From NCBI GenBank assembly GCA_964188305.1, contig OZ076902.1: 64,000 nucleotides of DNA; one strand, given 5' to 3'. The notes beneath the pieces were generated by a model, which had not been told where the DNA came from, did not search any database, and saw only the letters and a program-made list of their open reading frames with translations. The position numbers were made by a program, and so were the translations under genes. Positions 58,998 to 64,000 of the stretch are shown in pieces (within the stretch, counting starts at the first letter, position 1; each line of letters begins with the position of its first letter). Source of the DNA: Podarcis bocagei. Its lineage: Eukaryota.

Positions 58998-61900
58998 TCT
59001 GTTGGGATGTGGATGGCCACAAGAGGGGAGGTCTGCCATCCCGGGGTCTCAGCCTCTGCCAGCCTCTGCAGTCCGCTCTATCTCTCCTGACAACTCTGCC
59101 TGCCGCTCTTGGTTACCTGGCAACGGGGCAGGATCAATCTCATGGCGGAGCCCTTCCATCCACCTGTCAGCCTGCATCAACACCTCATCACTCACCCCAG
59201 GGCTGCTGAGGATGCTCTCGTAATAGAGATATATGCAACGGGCCATGGCGCGTCATGGGGCAGACCTGCCAGGGGAGAGAATGCACCAGAAAAGCACTCT
59301 GCCCCCCCCCCCAATCCAGAGCTTTGCAGAGCACCTACAGAAGCCTCTCTGGTCTCCAGGGGTCCTGCAATGCTTTGAACCAGGAGGGATAAGACCCCTG
59401 CACAGGGCCAGTTCGGGAGTGGCAGTGCGTTGCTACAATCATGTATTCAAGAGATCAAAAGGGAGGGAGGCATTTGCAGAGGCCGAAGCAGAATGTGCTC
59501 CCCAAATGGAAATAGGTCACCCACAGAGCTTTCTCTGAGCTAGCTGGCCTCAGGCCTGCAACCCTGCCTGAATGCCAAGGGTAGTAGAGACAAGCCAAGG
59601 GTAAAACACAGGGACTAGCCCCAGGACTTATTTTTAAGCCGCTGCTGGATTTTGAATTGCGCAGTAAGAAACCAGAAAGATGCAAAGCATGTTCAGAGTT
59701 CCTTCTGCTAACCACATCTGTAGCTAGCAAATAGGGCTTACTTCTGAGCAGACACACATAAAACTGCACAGTGAAACAGCAACAGGATTTCTATGGGTAG
59801 AAGGACCTATGTCCAGCACAGTCCCTTGGCAGTCCTCAGTGACAGTCAGGATCACACGGTCAGTTGCAATCCTCAGGAGAGCCCTATGGCTGCAGCTGGA
59901 TCAGCCCAGAGAAAGGCCCCCGAGTCTAGCATTCAAATCTCACGGTGGCCAACCATTATAGGAAGCCCCCAAGCGGGAAAGGAGCCCCCTTTCCACACTC
60001 AATCCTGTTCCCAGCTGCCATTAGACTCCAGAGACACCTTGCCAGTCCAGAGGCATCTCCACAAAGCACCGCTGACCACCTTTCCCCTTCCCTTATCCTA
60101 CCTGAGCCCTTGCTAAGAAGACACACCTTGATGCTCTGAAAACTCATCCAATATATTCACCAATTGGGTGTGTGCATGTCTGACAATGTAGGGCTGCCAC
60201 CCCTTTATGAAGTCTCCAGAGGGTGGGTCAAGGATAAGTGCAACCCTCAACCAAAAATAATAAAAGGTTTGTGCCCCACCGCCAGTAGTTTTCTGATGCT
60301 ACAAAGGAAGCTGAGATAAGGGTGTGGATGAAGAAAAAGGCAAGGGAGGGACCTCTCTAAAACACCCATCTCCCCCGCCCCCAAATCATGTTCTATGCAA
60401 ACATCTTTCCACCGACTCCTCTCCGGAAATAGAAAATGCTCTTCCAAGAGGCTGAAACTAGTGGTAGAGTTCTGTCTCTTGGCGCTAAGAGACAGATTAC
60501 AATAAGGAGTTTGTGTGTATGTGTGTGTGTATAGGACCATTCCTTCCACCCTCCACCCCCCCCAATGCCGCCGTCCCGCTCCATGTCTAAAAATATGAGC
60601 CCGTCGGCGTTGGCGAACAGGTCAGTGCCGGAGGAGAAACCAATTACGCGCCTTGCGCAGCCTTTATCTGCCTTTTGGGCGCCGGGGCCTCTTAAAGACG
60701 GGGAGAGCCGCAGGTTCGCTTTTAAAGTGGAACATAATTATGACAGTCAGTGTCATCTCCGTTGCTGCCTGTCCTGGGTAACAATTGAATTACATTTGCC
60801 ACTTGACTAAGCAAGGCGGTTTGTCTTTTTCTGGCGCTAATTCCCTTATTGGGGGGTGGGGGAGAAGGAGAAAAACATTGCAGATGGATATGGAGATGTG
60901 CGGGGTAGGAGGAGGAGGAGGAAGGCAGCTTAGGGCATTCTCCCCCCGCCGCCAGTCCCCCCCTTGCCTGTGTGTGTGTGTGTGTGTGTGCGCGCGCCCG
61001 CATACACACACACAGGCAGGCAGATAGGAAAGGTAAAACAGAAGAGGGATAAATAGCGGGGAGAAGGGTGGATGGATGAAGAGTGGACAGGAGGTGGATC
61101 TCAGATGGAAAGGATAAAAGACCGATGGAAAACAGATGGAGGCCAGATAACCTCAACAAAGAACAGGCAGAGATTAGACAGATGAAGAACGATTAGAAAG
61201 TGATAGGAAAGCAGGGGCAGTAGGAGGAGGGCAGCAAAGATGGCTGGCAGGTGGGACAGTGGGGCGGTGGCACTAAAAGGGTGAATACGAAGTCCTGGCT
61301 CCCCTTTCGTAGAGACCCAACCCAGAGGGGGAGCTTTTACCAGAGGCTGCAGGTTCCAAGGCTCTCCTGGGTAAAGGGGAATATTTGGGGGGTGGGGGTG
61401 GGGAGGAAAATAGGGATTGTGGAACCTGCAGTGAGTCCATGGGAGAGGCTGATATCTTGACCCCCACTTGGCCATTTGCCCCAGAGTTTGGTCCTGACTG
61501 CAGACACTCCTTGGCGCCCAGGAGCAAATCTGGACCAGGGAGGCCAAACTTGATGGGATGCTAAATGCATCTTTGCATTAAATGCACATCCAAATGTCAG
61601 GCACTGCTGCTGCTGGTTACTCTCAGGATTGCAGGAGGGAGGGGGGAGGGAAGTGTTTCACCCTTTTCTTCTCTGCATTGGTGTTGAATAAAATCCTTTA
61701 ATGCTACTTTGCCTTGGGAGGAATCCCTCCACGGGGAGCCGCCCTCCATAGAAGGAGGCTCCCCCTCCCTACTGGCTGCAAGCTAAGCCTGCTATTTCCC
61801 TTTTAAAAACAGGTTCACATTCAAGGCAAAGGCCCATTCAACAGCCGCCCCTTAGTCTGGGTCTTGATTATTCCAGGGCATTCTGTCAAAAAAGAGGTTA

Positions 61901-62098
61901 AAATCCTATATGCAATCAGCTGCCTTCCCAGTCAAGAGCATTTCTCCTGGGTCTGGGTTAAATTTTCAGGTGTTCACATCCGGTCAGTCCACTTCTCATT
62001 TCAAGATTCTGGCTAAGGATGTTTACTGGCTTGAAGATGAGAAGAGCAGGAAGAGCTGTGGGCGCAACCCCTTCTGCATACAGAACACCTTCTGATTT

Positions 62099-62100
<2 letters not shown>

Positions 62101-62168
<68 letters not shown>
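62101..62168. repeat. (TC)n(AC)n compound microsatellite
   Basis: Seen directly. Confidence 0.95.
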
Positions 62169-62172
<4 letters not shown>

Positions 62173-63809
62173 GACCAAAGCAGCCACACACCCAAGAGCA
62201 CTTCAGAAGGGGAGCTGTTGCCATGCCTGCTTCCTCCCTCCCCAGCACGGTCCTGACCTTACAAGGCAGCCACCAGCTTCAAGCCGCCCCCCACTCACGG
62301 TTTGACCATGTATCCCCCTTCCCCTCCACTCCACCCTCCCCCTGCATCTGGAACAGGGGGACAGGTCGGCCAATGGAAAAGAGGACCTTGGCCAGGGGAG
62401 GGAAGAAGTGGGGCTGGTACACCTAGTCACGTGAGCTGCATCCTACTGAAATTCCACCTTCCACATAACTATTAAAGGCACTGGAGCCGCAGACAAAGCC
62501 ATCTTTTTGTATCTGCTACCCTAGACAGAGATGCAGTAGCATCTGGGAGTAGGGGGCGGGGAGGAACCGGATCACTTTAGGCTAGGAGCACCAAATGTGT
62601 GGCAGCCGACTTGTGGCAGCAGCAGCTCCACAGTGAGGTCCCTCTGCACATGCTTCCAAAGCACTGCACATGTCTGAAGCACTAAAAACATTGGGGCTGG
62701 AGCACTAAAAACAACCTCCTAGAGGAGGGATGGGGCGCATATGTCCAGCCCACCAGGTGTTTCTGGTCTAATATTCCCATCATCAACCCTGACCACTGGA
62801 ACTGCTGGCTGGTGCTGATAGAAGAGTTGGGAATCCAGCCACATCTGGAGGGCCCCGCAGAAATGCCCCATCCATGGGAGTAGCCAGGATTTGGGGGGGG
62901 GGGCAGGCCTTATGTTGGGGGGGGGCAGAACCAACTTATCTGCAATACAGTTGGTCAGCTAGTTAAGTCTATTTATGTATTTACTTGATTGGGAGGGGAC
63001 CCCCATGGTCCCATCCCTGATCTAGAGTTCAGGGCTACTGAAGGGTAGCTCAAAACATCATGTGTCTTCCTGCCACATCTTTGGTTTTTACTCTCTGTTC
63101 TACTGATATTCCAGTGTATTATATTGTGATATTACCCACCTGAAGCAAAAATTTGGCAGATACTGATCTATGCAAGTAGTGAGGGGCAAATGTTCTGTGC
63201 AAGGCAAATGTTCTGTGCATGCTCAGAGACACAGTGACAACTCCTCCTCCTAGGATCTGGGGCTACCATTGTAGCCCCGCTGGGGTGTGTGTGTTGTGCT
63301 CTGTGGCTGACATGTCCCCCGCCTCCGTAGAGCGCGTCAGCATGCTGCTCACGGCTGCTGCTGCCGCCTAACGTTGTCGAGATCCTCCTCTCCTGGCTGT
63401 CTTTGTTGGGGCGCCTGTGGCAGCGCGCCAAGGTGGGTGTTAGCACTGCCAGCGAGTGACATCCAGCTGAGTTCTTGCCTTGATGCAACAGCCCTTTGCA
63501 AAGGGGGGGGGGAGAAGGAAGCCTGCAGTGCCAGCCCCACCCCACCCCAGACAGGCAAACAGCAGCTTTGTTTTGCTCCAAGCCTGGGAGGAAAAGGCAG
63601 CCCTAGAAGCTCCTTAGGAATGCCTTAGCAGAGCCCCTGGGATATACAATGCAATGATAAAGAGGGCAGCAACTATCGAGCATGCACAAAATTCAGTTCC
63701 TTTGCCCCTCCTTAGCGTCCCAGCAGGCAGCAAAAAAGGAACTGCATGACAACACCCTACATTAGATATTTGAAGATTACCCTTCCTCCAGCAGAGCCTG
63801 GGACAACCC

Positions 63810-63990
63810 AGTCATTGCAGATGACACTGAACTGGGAGGGGGAGCTCACACATCCGGCAGATATCTGACATGTCAGCACTACATGCGGAACGAACCATGG
63901 GACTGTAGCTGATTGCAGGATAAGCATGAGTCAGCCATGTGATGCAGCTGCAAACAAGGCCAATGCAATTCTAAACTGAATTAATAAACC
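63810..63990 (+). mobile_element. Degraded CR1 LINE RT fragment
   Basis: GCAGATGACACTGAACTGGGAGGG (ADDT.LGG) and ATGAGTCAGCCATGTGATGCAGCTGCAAACAAGGCCAATGCAATTCT (MSQ.CDAAA.KANAIL) resemble the CR1 at 53 kb. Confidence 0.75.
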
Positions 63991-64000
63991 CATGGTTTCT

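Noticed and set aside
1-64000. CRISPR arrays, rRNA, prokaryotic operons
   Set aside because: The sequence is spliced vertebrate DNA; no regularly spaced repeat-spacer arrays or rRNA similarity seen.

Overview
Eukaryotic (vertebrate) genomic DNA, probably from a squamate lizard: it carries tRNA-headed SINEs with CR1 tails of the kind described in lacertids (inference). The window holds the 3' part of the neurexin-2 gene (NRXN2) on the minus strand. Five coding exons are visible: LNS6 exon 48003-47832, the 90-nt alternatively spliced SS4 exon 37900-37811, LNS6-end/O-glycosylated stalk exon 28647-28325, heparan-sulfate/Cys-loop exon 20567-20489, and the terminal exon with long (977) and short (386) SS5 acceptors, ending in the TM segment, cytoplasmic tail and PDZ ligand EYYV (stop 82-84). 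All exon phases join in frame. I did not find the next upstream exon, which probably lies beyond 64000. The remainder is intron with a young CR1 LINE fragment, many SINEs, a mariner-type MITE, microsatellites and homeodomain-motif clusters. The most interesting unannotated signals are all splicing hypotheses that need RNA evidence: (i) two routes to a TM-less, NRXN3-SS5-like NRXN2 (acceptor at 1172 giving Asp-stop; candidate terminal exon 2969-~2710 with two AATAAA); (ii) a 66-nt in-frame phase-1 cassette candidate (30691-30626) and other candidates in the intron after SS4; (iii) a possible gamma-type internal start before the Cys-loop exon; (iv) dense STAR-protein motif arrays around SS4. Most ORFs in the supplied track are noise.
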